From assembly GCA_041481445.1 (NCBI GenBank), contig JBGPBV010000007.1, forward strand, positions 5,365 to 69,364: 64,000 nucleotides of DNA, written 5' to 3'. The stretch is from Vicinamibacteria bacterium (GTDB lineage: Bacteria; Acidobacteriota; Vicinamibacteria; Fen-336). A program made the position numbers and the translations under genes. Each line of letters opens with the position of its first letter. The first letter of the stretch is position 1. Below the pieces are notes generated by a model. It made no database searches, was not told the origin of the DNA, and saw nothing but the letters and a program-made list of their open reading frames with translations. Positions 56,374-64,000 of this stretch are shown here, one piece after another.

Positions 56374-58251
56374 TCACGAGAACCTGTGCTTGCGCATCCA
56401 CAGCTCGAGGGTCAGGAGCAGCCAGAGCTGATGGCCGTGGTCGGCGCGGCGGGCCAGGTGATCGTCGTAGAGCGCGCGCACGCGCCCGACGTCGAGGCGA
56501 TCGGCGAGGCGCGGCCGGTCGAGCAGGGTCTCTTCCACCATCGGGCGCAGCTCGCCGCGGAACCACGACCCCAGCGGCACCCCGAAGCCGTGCTTCTTGC
56601 GGTCGACGATCTCGCGCGGCAAGAGCTCGGCCACCGCCTCCTTGAGCACGACCTTGCCCTTCCGGCCCCGGCGCTTGAAGCGGTCGGGCAGGCGCGCCGC
56701 GTACTCGGCCAGGGCGCGGTCGAGGAGCGGGCTGCGCGTCTCCAGCCCGTGCGCCATCGACATGCGGTCCATCTTGGGGAGCAGGTCGTCGAGCAGGTAG
56801 GTCCGCGCGTTGAGGTACAGCAGGCGCGAGAGGAGCGAGCGGCCGTGGCCTTTGGCCAGGGCCTCGCGATAGGAGGCGAGGACGTCTCCGTTGGCATGGC
56901 CCCGCAGGAGCGACGGGATGTCGCGCGGGTCGAAGAACGTGCTCCAGCCCGCGATCCGGTCCACTTCGGGACGGCCGCCCTTGTCCGCGAACCGGCGCAG
57001 CCGCGTCAGGGGGCCGTGATGGGCGGCGCCCTTGGGGAGCGCGCGGGCCACCCCGCCCATCATCGTGCGCAACGGCCCGGGGATCTTGTCGGCCAGGAGC
57101 GCGGCCCAGAACTTGTCGTAGCCCGCGAACACCTCGTCCCCGCCGTCCCCGTTGAGGGCGACGGTGACCTCCCGCCGCGCCTCGCGCGACACGAGGTAGG
57201 TGGGCAGGGCCGAGGAGTCGCCGAACGGCTCGTCGTGATGGTGGAGCAGCGTCTCCATCAGCTCCGCGGCGTGGGGCGCGACCACCGACTCGTGATGGTC
57301 GCTGCCGATGTGCCGCGCCACCCGCGCCGCGTGCTTTCGCTCGTCGAAATAGGCGTCCCCCTCGAAGCCGACCGCGAACGTCTTCACGCGCCCGGGCACC
57401 AGGCGCGCCATGAGGGCGGCCACCGCGCTCGAATCGAGGCCGCCCGAGAGCAGCACGCCCAGGGGGACGTCGGAGACGAGGCGCTTGCGCACGGCCGCTC
57501 TCAGCAGATCGAGCACGCGCTCGGCCGCCTCCCTTGGCCCGACCGCGGCCTCCTCGCCCTCCGGGGGGAAGGCCAGGTCCCAGTAGCGCCGGGGCGCGCC
57601 CACGCCGTGGGCGTCCGCGATCATCAGGGACGCGGGCGGGAGCTTGCGGATGCCGCGGAACAGCGTGTGCGGGGTCGGCACGTAGCCGAAGGCGAGGTAT
57701 TCGCCGAGGCGCTCCTCCGCCATCTCCGCGGGCGCGCCCGCGGCGAGCAGGGCCTTGATCTCGGAGCCGAAGACCAGCCGCCGCTCGTCCGACCAGTAGT
57801 AGAGCGGCTTCTTGCCGAAGGGGTCGCGGGCGAGCAGGAGACGGCGGCGGCCCGCGTCCCAGATGGCGAGCGCGAACATGCCGTCGAGGGCGGGGATGAT
57901 CTCGTCGCCCTTCTCCTCGTATCCATGGGCGATCGCCTCGGTGTCGCCGTGGGTACGGAAGGTGTGCCGGGGCGCCAGCTCGGCGCGCAGCTCCTGGAAG
58001 TTGTAGATCTCGCCGTTGAGCATCACCTGCACGCGTCCGTCCTCGCCGCCCAGCGGCTGGTTGGCCGCCTCGCTCAGGTCGATGATCGAGAGCCGGCGAT
58101 GGACGAGGCCGAGGGCGGGCGTGCCCGCGTGGTCCTCGAACGTGCCCTGGGCGTCGGGACCGCGATGGCACAGCGTGGCCCCCATGCGCTGGAGCAGCTC
58201 GACGTCGGCAGGCGCGCCGTCGAACCGGAGGACGCCGGCAATGCCGCACAT
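56374..58251 (-). CDS. asnB: Asparagine synthetase (glutamine-hydrolysing)
   Basis: N-terminal MCGIAG Ntn-glutaminase nucleophile and PP-loop SGGLDSS. Confidence 0.9.
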   Translation of the reverse strand: MCGIAGVLRFDGAPADVELLQRMGATLCHRGPDAQGTFEDHAGTPALGLVHRRLSIIDLSEAANQPLGGEDGRVQVMLNGEIYNFQELRAELAPRHTFRTHGDTEAIAHGYEEKGDEIIPALDGMFALAIWDAGRRRLLLARDPFGKKPLYYWSDERRLVFGSEIKALLAAGAPAEMAEERLGEYLAFGYVPTPHTLFRGIRKLPPASLMIADAHGVGAPRRYWDLAFPPEGEEAAVGPREAAERVLDLLRAAVRKRLVSDVPLGVLLSGGLDSSAVAALMARLVPGRVKTFAVGFEGDAYFDERKHAARVARHIGSDHHESVVAPHAAELMETLLHHHDEPFGDSSALPTYLVSREARREVTVALNGDGGDEVFAGYDKFWAALLADKIPGPLRTMMGGVARALPKGAAHHGPLTRLRRFADKGGRPEVDRIAGWSTFFDPRDIPSLLRGHANGDVLASYREALAKGHGRSLLSRLLYLNARTYLLDDLLPKMDRMSMAHGLETRSPLLDRALAEYAARLPDRFKRRGRKGKVVLKEAVAELLPREIVDRKKHGFGVPLGSWFRGELRPMVEETLLDRPRLADRLDVGRVRALYDDHLARRADHGHQLWLLLTLELWMRKHRFS

Positions 58252-58267
58252 GAGCGAAAGGCCCGGC

Positions 58268-58738
58268 TTACCGGCGCGCTTCCGGCCGGGTCTTCGCCGC
58301 CGTCGTGCAGTCGCGGCAGTATCCGAAGATCTGGTGCCGATGGCCGTCGATGACGAAGCCGATGTCGGCGGCGATCTCGTCCTGGATCCGCTCGATCTCG
58401 GCGCTGGAGAACTCGAAGATCTCCCCGCACGACTTGCAGATGAAGTGGTCGTGGTGCTCGCGCTTGTACTCGCGCTCGAAGCGCGTCTGGCCCTGCAGGA
58501 CGAGCTCGGTGGCGAGGCCGGCGGCCTGGAGGAGCTTGAGCGTGCGATAGACGGTGGTGCGCCCGATGTCGGAGCGGCGCTTCTGGACGAGCTGGAGCAG
58601 GTCGTCCACCGAGAGGTGGCGCTCCGAGCGCAGGAACGTATCCAGGATCGCCTCGCGCTGCTCGCTGCGCTTGAGGCGGTTCTTCACGAGATAGGCGGCG
58701 AAGACCTCCTTCTCTTCGCGCCCGACTTCGTTCGCCAC
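58268..58738 (-). CDS. fur: Fur-family transcriptional regulator (Fur/Zur/PerR-type)
   Basis: Winged-helix N-terminal domain, HHDH metal site (REHHDHFICKSCG), CxxC...CxxC structural Zn site. Confidence 0.8.
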   Translation of the reverse strand: MANEVGREEKEVFAAYLVKNRLKRSEQREAILDTFLRSERHLSVDDLLQLVQKRRSDIGRTTVYRTLKLLQAAGLATELVLQGQTRFEREYKREHHDHFICKSCGEIFEFSSAEIERIQDEIAADIGFVIDGHRHQIFGYCRDCTTAAKTRPEARR

Positions 58739-58890
58739 CGTACGGGCAGACTAACGCCCGGCCCGGGGAGGTGTCAAACCGTTTCCGGCCAGCATCTTCC
58801 GGCCGCGCCCGCCGGGTGCTACCGACCCCTGTGATCCAGGCCCGACCGTCTTTGACTCGGGCTCGGAACAGGTCTACCGTGAGTCGGCCC

Positions 58891-60300
58891 ATGTTGTCTC
58901 GCCTCAAGCTCGCCGCCCTGATCACGGTCGTGGGCATCGCCGCCCTGCTACCGCTCTACGGCGACCCTCGCAACGCCCCCGTGACGCACGCGGAATGGGC
59001 GCGCATGCTGCTGCGCGGCCTCGGCATGGAGGAGGCGATCCGGCAGACTTCGACCGCCGCCCAGGCCTTCGCGATCCTGTCCTGGAAGAGCAGCCTCACC
59101 TTCCGCGCCGACCGCTATCTCACGGGCGACGACGTGCGCGTGGACGGCGAGGGGGAGCAGCGCCAGGTGGTGGCCACGGGAGAGGTCGGAGAGGTCAGCT
59201 ACGCGGTGGCGGTGGTGCGCGCCGGCAACTACAGCTTCCGCGTGCACGTGGCGGGCGACCCCGAGCGCCCGGTCTCGGCCGAGCTCGCACGCGTCGGCGA
59301 GGTCACGCCGCTCGGCGCCTTCACGGTCCGGCCGGCGGTGGCCATGACCTGGGTCGACGCCGGCACCGCCCACCTCGATCCCGGGGCCTACACCGCGTCC
59401 GTGCTGCTGCCGCGCGGCGCCACCCTCGAGAACGTCGAGGTGGCCCCGCCCTGCGTGGTGCCGATCGAGCCCCCGAACGGCTGGAAGGCGCCGGAAGTCC
59501 TGACGTCGGAGGACGCCGCGGTCACGATGGTGCAGGCGCTCGACCGGCTGTCCGAGCTCCCGCCCGCGGACACGCCGCTGGAGATCGACGCCTCGCAGTT
59601 CCAGACGGAGTGGAGCGGCACGCCGGTGGCGACCAGCCCCGGCGGCCTGCAGTCCGCGGTCCAGGGGGGGACGGCGGGCACGCGCGCGATCGTCGTCGTG
59701 GACCTGCCGGACCCGGGTCAGTACACGATCTCGGCGTTCGGCCTCACCGGCGGCGGCCAGAGCTGGACGGCGGATGCCTGCCTGAAGTCGGTCGTCTGCG
59801 CGAAGAAAGACCCGCGCGCGGACCTCGCAGAGTGGCGGCCGGTCCTTTCCGGGCCGTTCGCGGCCGGCCGGCATTCGTTCTCCGTCCTCCTCGCTCCCGG
59901 CGCGATCATCGAGCGCGTGCGAGCAGAGAGGAAGAAGAACACGCCCGCGGACTACGTCGCGACCCTGCGGCGGATCGGCTTCGACGTGGGACCCTCGGGC
60001 CCGATGGAGCGCAACCGCGCCGTAGACGCGATGAAGTTCCTCGACCACAAGGCGGCGCCCCTGAAGGAAACGCTGTGCGGCGACGTCGTGCTGCCGACGA
60101 TACCGCCGGGCTCGCGGCCGGGGACCACCGTCGCCGAGATCCCCGGATCCGGTGGCGCAACGACGCCGCTGAATCCCGGCACCGGGCCGCCCTCCATCGG
60201 GGGCAGCGGACCGGGAGGCGGAGTGGGGACCATACCGCCGACGCTGCCGCCGCAGGACGTCTCCACGCCGGTGCAGCCGCTGGCGAGTCCCCGGCCCTAG
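58891..60300 (+). CDS. Hypothetical secreted protein with Gly/Pro-rich C-terminal tail
   Basis: ATG 58891 within the track ORF. Signal/anchor LKLAALITVVGIAALL. No family assignable. Confidence 0.4.
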   Translation: MLSRLKLAALITVVGIAALLPLYGDPRNAPVTHAEWARMLLRGLGMEEAIRQTSTAAQAFAILSWKSSLTFRADRYLTGDDVRVDGEGEQRQVVATGEVGEVSYAVAVVRAGNYSFRVHVAGDPERPVSAELARVGEVTPLGAFTVRPAVAMTWVDAGTAHLDPGAYTASVLLPRGATLENVEVAPPCVVPIEPPNGWKAPEVLTSEDAAVTMVQALDRLSELPPADTPLEIDASQFQTEWSGTPVATSPGGLQSAVQGGTAGTRAIVVVDLPDPGQYTISAFGLTGGGQSWTADACLKSVVCAKKDPRADLAEWRPVLSGPFAAGRHSFSVLLAPGAIIERVRAERKKNTPADYVATLRRIGFDVGPSGPMERNRAVDAMKFLDHKAAPLKETLCGDVVLPTIPPGSRPGTTVAEIPGSGGATTPLNPGTGPPSIGGSGPGGGVGTIPPTLPPQDVSTPVQPLASPRP

Positions 60301-60324
60301 AAGCCGGGCGCGCGCCGCCCGCGG

Positions 60325-61158
60325 CTACTGATCCACCACGCAGAACAGCCCGGACGCCGACGACTTGCCCTCCACGCCACGCTCGTCGATCGACGAGACG
60401 CGCCACTGGTACGTGCCCGGCCAGCGCGTGGGGACGTCGAGGAACGCCACTTCGACCTCACGCGTGAGCAGGACGTCGTCGCCGGACAGCGTCAGCACCT
60501 GGACGTGGTACCGCCGGCCGACGCCGGCGCTCGTCCACGTCAGGCGCGCGGGCTTTCCCTTCTCGACGTAGGACGGGTCCTTCCCCGGCCGCAGTCCTCC
60601 AGGAGCAGCCGGCAAGGCACCGAGCTGCGGCTCTCCGCTCGCCGCCACGAGCAGGCCCTGTCCCGGGTCCACCACCACCGTGCCCGACCTCGTCTTGACG
60701 CTGAAGCGGCCGTCGAGCGAGGAGACGCGCGTGAGCAGGGCGGCGTCGTCGCGGCGGACGACCACGCTGCCGCGCCCGCGCACCTCGGCCTCCGGAGTGA
60801 CGACCTTCAGGATGTCGGCGCGGGTGGCGCGCTGCTCGACGCGGCCCTTCTCGAGGGCGGCGGAGAGCACCGTGCTCGGGGTGAGGCCGACGATGCTGTC
60901 GCTGCCGATGAGGATCCGCATCCACGGGAGGAGGATCCAGGCCAGCCCGTCTCCCGCCGTGCGCACCGACTCTCCCGGGGCCAGGCGGAACTCGCTGCCC
61001 GCGGCCTTCCAGGAGTCGCCCTTGCCGCGCTCCACCGTCCCTTCGACGACGCGCACGGGGGCGACGGGCACGGCCGGCGGAGGCGGGAGATGCCGCTTCA
61101 CCTCGACCTTCTGCCCGGCCAGGAGGGGGAGGGCCAGCAGGAGAACGCCCAGCGGCAC
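60325..61158 (-). CDS. Hypothetical secreted protein (FecR-like/beta-rich)
   Basis: GTG at about 61158 gives a signal peptide VPLGVLLLALPLLAG. It is the 3' part of the 381-aa track ORF, whose 5' part overlaps wzc in another frame. Confidence 0.4.
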   Translation of the reverse strand: MPLGVLLLALPLLAGQKVEVKRHLPPPPAVPVAPVRVVEGTVERGKGDSWKAAGSEFRLAPGESVRTAGDGLAWILLPWMRILIGSDSIVGLTPSTVLSAALEKGRVEQRATRADILKVVTPEAEVRGRGSVVVRRDDAALLTRVSSLDGRFSVKTRSGTVVVDPGQGLLVAASGEPQLGALPAAPGGLRPGKDPSYVEKGKPARLTWTSAGVGRRYHVQVLTLSGDDVLLTREVEVAFLDVPTRWPGTYQWRVSSIDERGVEGKSSASGLFCVVDQ

Positions 61159-61160
61159 GC

Positions 61161-63263
61161 TCAGCGGTTCCCGACCGCCACGTCTTCCGCCGGCCTCGCC
61201 TCCGTCGGCTTCTTGTTCGCGGCCTGGGAGGGCGTGTCCGTCTCGTGCGGGTAGTAGTAGTAGTAGTAGCCCTTGGCCCGCACGTTGACGGAGTTGAGCA
61301 CCACTCCGAGCACGTTGTCCGTCACCTTGCGCAGCGCGGTCAGGTGGCGCCGGATCAGCTTCTTGTCCGCGGTGTTGTACTGGACGACGAACGTGGTCAT
61401 GTCGGAGTACCGGGCCAGGAGCTGGGCGTCCGTCACCGAGGCCAGCGGCGGCGAGTCGATGAGGATCCACGAGAAGTGGGCGCGCAGGCGGGCCAGGAAA
61501 TCCCCCATCGTGGGCCGGGTGAGGATGGCGGGGGGATTGGGGGGAAGCGGCCCCGTCGCCAGCGCGTACAGGTTGGGCACCTTCGTGGGGCGCACCAGCG
61601 CGTCGAGGTCCTCGTGGTTCACGAAGAAGTTCGTGACCCCCGGCTCGCGCGTGAGCCCCAGGCGGCTGTGGAGCTGGCCGCGGCGCAGGTCGAAGTCCAC
61701 GAGGACGGTCTTCTCCCCCGAGGACGCGAGCAGCTTGCCGAGGTTCACGAGGGTGGTGGTCTTGCCTTCCTGGGGCACCGTGCCCGTGACCAGCACGATC
61801 TGCCCGCCCTCGTCCTTGCGCCCGAAGATGAGCGCGGTGCGGAGGTTCTGGTAGGCCTCGGTGACGAAGTGCACGTTGGCCTCGTCGTACTGCGGCACCG
61901 CGGCCAGGAGGTCGATGTGCAGGAAGCGCTCGATCTCCTCCGGGTCCTTGATGGTGTTGTCCAGGTAGTCGCGGCCCAGGACGAGACCGACTCCGAGCAT
62001 CAGGCCCAGGAAGACGGCCGCGGCGGCCACTTTCCGCTTGTTGGGGCGGATCGGGTAGGCGGGCGGAGTGGCCCGCTCGACCACGCTCACGTTGTTGTTC
62101 CGGATGGAGGAGGCGATGTCGGTCTCGTTGAGCTTCTGGAGGAGGACGTCGTAGAGGCCCTTGGCCGATTCCGCCTCCTTCTTGAGGGCGTCCAGCTCCG
62201 CCGCCTTGCGGCTCTGGGAGGCGGCCTGCGCCTTCTCGCTGTCGATGGCCCCGTGCAGCTCGGTCTCGCGCTTCTGGATCTGCTCGTACTCCGCGTGCAT
62301 GGCGGCCACGATCTGCGTCCCCTGCTTGTCCTTCGCCTTCTGCGCCTGGTCGATCTGCAGCCGTACCTTCTGGACCTCGGGATGGCCTTCCTTGAACTCC
62401 TGGCGCAGGCGCGCGAGCTCATTGCTGGCCTGGGCGATCTGCGCGTTGAGGGTCATGATGATGGGATCGGCCGCGAACTGGGGCACGGCGTCGAGCGACC
62501 GGCCGGCGTCCTTGAGCTGGCTGATCTGCTTGAGGGCGGCCTCCAGCGCGATGCGGCGGGCCTGGGCCTCGATGAGGTCGGCGGTCAGCTTGGAGATGGA
62601 GCTGGTCACGGCGGAGGTGCTGCCCTCGGGCACGAAGAGGTCCTGGGTCTGGTAGCTCTTGAAGAGGCGGTCCTGGGCCTCGCGCATGTTCTTCTGGGTC
62701 GCCCCCAGCCGCTCCTGGAGCCACTCGTAGGCCTTGCGGGCCGCCTCCACCCGCGTGGAGATCACTTCCTCGATGTAGACGTCGGCCAGGCTGTTGGCCC
62801 AGAGGGCCGCTTCCTGCGGGTAGCGGTGGGTGACGTGGATGAGGACGAGCCGGCTCTCCGGCACCGGCTCCACCGCCACGTGCGACATGAACGCCGCCCC
62901 CGCGTCGCGGGCCTCGGCGGTCGCCGGGTGATCGTCGAGCTTGAGGCGGGCCAGGACCTTCTCTCCCAGCGCGGCCGACTGCAGCACGCGGAACTGCGTG
63001 TTGTAGAAGTCGGTGTTCTGCCAGTAGCTGCCGGCCATCGCGTCCTGCACGCTCAGGAAGGTCGGCGTGGGCGGGTCGATCTGCACCATGACCGAGGCGC
63101 GGTACTCCGGCGTCTGCGCGAAGGCGAGCAGGAGCCCGAGGGCCAGGCCGAGCGTGGACGAGGAGGCGAGCAGGATGCGGCTCTTCCAGAGGAGGTTGCC
63201 GTAGTAACGGAAGTCGATCGCGTTGTCGGCCGGGGCGGGGGCCGAGGGGACGTGGCTGCCCAC
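61161..63263 (-). CDS. wzc: Polysaccharide co-polymerase / BY-kinase (Wzc/GumC/EpsB-like) with C-terminal tyrosine autokinase domain and Tyr cluster
   Basis: Wzz-like periplasmic coiled-coil domain between two TM helices. Walker A (TGTVPQEGKTTTLVN), Walker A' (VLVDFDLRRG), Walker B (ILIDSPP). C-terminal GYYYYYY tyrosine cluster. Confidence 0.85.
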   Translation of the reverse strand: MGSHVPSAPAPADNAIDFRYYGNLLWKSRILLASSSTLGLALGLLLAFAQTPEYRASVMVQIDPPTPTFLSVQDAMAGSYWQNTDFYNTQFRVLQSAALGEKVLARLKLDDHPATAEARDAGAAFMSHVAVEPVPESRLVLIHVTHRYPQEAALWANSLADVYIEEVISTRVEAARKAYEWLQERLGATQKNMREAQDRLFKSYQTQDLFVPEGSTSAVTSSISKLTADLIEAQARRIALEAALKQISQLKDAGRSLDAVPQFAADPIIMTLNAQIAQASNELARLRQEFKEGHPEVQKVRLQIDQAQKAKDKQGTQIVAAMHAEYEQIQKRETELHGAIDSEKAQAASQSRKAAELDALKKEAESAKGLYDVLLQKLNETDIASSIRNNNVSVVERATPPAYPIRPNKRKVAAAAVFLGLMLGVGLVLGRDYLDNTIKDPEEIERFLHIDLLAAVPQYDEANVHFVTEAYQNLRTALIFGRKDEGGQIVLVTGTVPQEGKTTTLVNLGKLLASSGEKTVLVDFDLRRGQLHSRLGLTREPGVTNFFVNHEDLDALVRPTKVPNLYALATGPLPPNPPAILTRPTMGDFLARLRAHFSWILIDSPPLASVTDAQLLARYSDMTTFVVQYNTADKKLIRRHLTALRKVTDNVLGVVLNSVNVRAKGYYYYYYPHETDTPSQAANKKPTEARPAEDVAVGNR

Positions 63264-63265
63264 GG

Positions 63266-64000
63266 CTAGAAGAGCCGTCGGGACACGGTGATCACGTCGT
63301 TGGGGCTGACCGGGGGATCGGCCGCGCTCCCCTTGCGCACGGCCTTGAGGTCGACCTTCGTGATCGTCACCGTCCCCGTCGCAGGGTCGATCCGCCGCAC
63401 CTTGACATCGCTGCTCCCGAAGCGGGTCAACCCTCCCGCCGTGGAGATCGCTCCCGTGACGGTCAGGTCCCCTTCGATCGGATACCGCCCGGGACGCGTG
63501 ACCTCGCCTTCCACGGTAACATACTGGCGCGCCGGGGCCGTAATCACGTCCCCGTTGCGGAGCGGCATCTCCAGGCCCACGTAGTCCTGGCCGCTGAAGG
63601 TGCCCCCCAGACGCAGGCGCAGCGCCTTGCCTCCGCCCTCGAACACGCCGTCCGTGCGCGTGATGACGACCTCGCCGGAGGCGCGGGGCGTGAACCCGCC
63701 CGACTCCACCAGCACGTCGATCAGACGGCTCCCCCCGCGCAGCACCTTCCGCCCCGGCGTGTTGACCTCGCCCAGCACCACCACGAACTGGCTCTGGTAC
63801 TCCTTGACGTGGACCTCCACGTGCGGGTTCACGAGGAAGTCCTTCTCCAGGAGCGTCGTCATCTTGCGCTGGATCTCGGCCACGGTCAGGCCGGCCACCG
63901 GCACCTCGTTGAGCAGGGGGAAGGTGATGGTGCCCGTCGTCTGCACGGTGGCCAGTCGCGAGAGGTCCGCGTTGCCGAGCACGGCGATGTCGAGCACGTC
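63266..64000 (-). CDS. wza: Polysaccharide export protein Wza/GumB-like (SLBB domains), 5' end beyond window
   Basis: Soluble-ligand-binding beta-grasp repeats (GDVITV, GEV..PG.Y). The frame is still open at the window end. Confidence 0.7.
   Translation of the reverse strand, partial: DVLDIAVLGNADLSRLATVQTTGTITFPLLNEVPVAGLTVAEIQRKMTTLLEKDFLVNPHVEVHVKEYQSQFVVVLGEVNTPGRKVLRGGSRLIDVLVESGGFTPRASGEVVITRTDGVFEGGGKALRLRLGGTFSGQDYVGLEMPLRNGDVITAPARQYVTVEGEVTRPGRYPIEGDLTVTGAISTAGGLTRFGSSDVKVRRIDPATGTVTITKVDLKAVRKGSAADPPVSPNDVITVSRRLF

Noticed and set aside
58268-58738. Fur-family regulator as a possible regulator of the MNIO metallophore cluster
   Set aside because: It is about 48 kb away with no Fur/Zur-box-like palindrome recognisable upstream of the precursor gene. 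No sequence evidence links them.
1-64000. Search for CRISPR arrays, transposases, integrases and phage genes
   Set aside because: No regularly spaced short repeats with unique spacers were seen, and no recognisable transposase or integrase motifs. The only repeats found are the protein-coding tandem repeats (6760..7880), the GTGG operators, the 14-bp direct repeat and the 17-bp inverted repeat.

Overview
This is a 64 kb stretch of very GC-rich (about 70%) bacterial chromosome. It has no transposases, integrases, phage genes or CRISPR arrays. Taxonomy cannot be resolved from the sequence; the gene content suggests an uncultured soil lineage (Acidobacteriota, Gemmatimonadota, Rokubacteria or a delta-proteobacterium). 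Coordinates not taken from the ORF track were counted by hand and may be off by a few bases.

Gene content from left to right:
- An SGNH hydrolase fused to HEAT repeats, then truA.
- A secreted TPR-like protein paired with a VWA protein, then two small hypothetical proteins.
- A secreted protein with seven tandem repeats of about 52 aa (beta-propeller-like) and a ConA/LamG-like C-terminal domain.
- A tRNA-Met(CAT).
- A three-gene RiPP-type cluster on the minus strand: a 148-aa Tat-signal, 12-cysteine, Lys/Gly-rich precursor; a DUF692 multinuclear non-heme iron oxidase (MNIO); and a DUF2063 partner. This matches HvfA/bufferin-like metallophore systems.
- A COG1579 zinc-ribbon gene, rnhA and pgeF.
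- A membrane glycosylation locus: two GT-C (GT39/PMT-like) transferases, a membrane-embedded spermidine-synthase-like protein, a polytopic membrane protein, two SGNH hydrolases and a beta-barrel outer-membrane protein (OMP).
- acpS, then a MacAB/DevCA-like ABC exporter (membrane fusion protein, two FtsX permeases, ATPase).
- A B12-binding radical SAM (rSAM) protein overlapping a small lipoprotein, then an AI-2E family permease.
- A complete dcw division and cell-wall cluster on the minus strand (mraZ, rsmH, ftsL, ftsI with a PASTA domain, murE, murF, mraY, murD, ftsW, murG, murC, ftsQ, ftsA, ftsZ). It has no murB or ddl. A second, divergent mraZ paralog lies upstream. A small Cys-rich ORF sits between ftsA and ftsZ.
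- folC and two TlpA-like redoxins, one of which lacks the CxxC active site.
- An M20 amidohydrolase, an OSBS/NSAR-type enolase, asnB and a Fur-family regulator.
- The start of an exopolysaccharide export locus (FecR-like protein, Wzc BY-kinase, Wza).

The most notable candidates:
- the MNIO/DUF2063/Cys-rich precursor cluster next to the tRNA;
- duplicated mraZ genes, each preceded by its own GTGG-repeat operator, with a near-consensus promoter (Pmra);
- a high-GC3 66-aa zinc-ribbon-like ORF wedged between ftsA and ftsZ, whose stop codon sits in the ftsZ ribosome-binding site;
- the seven-repeat secreted lectin-like protein.
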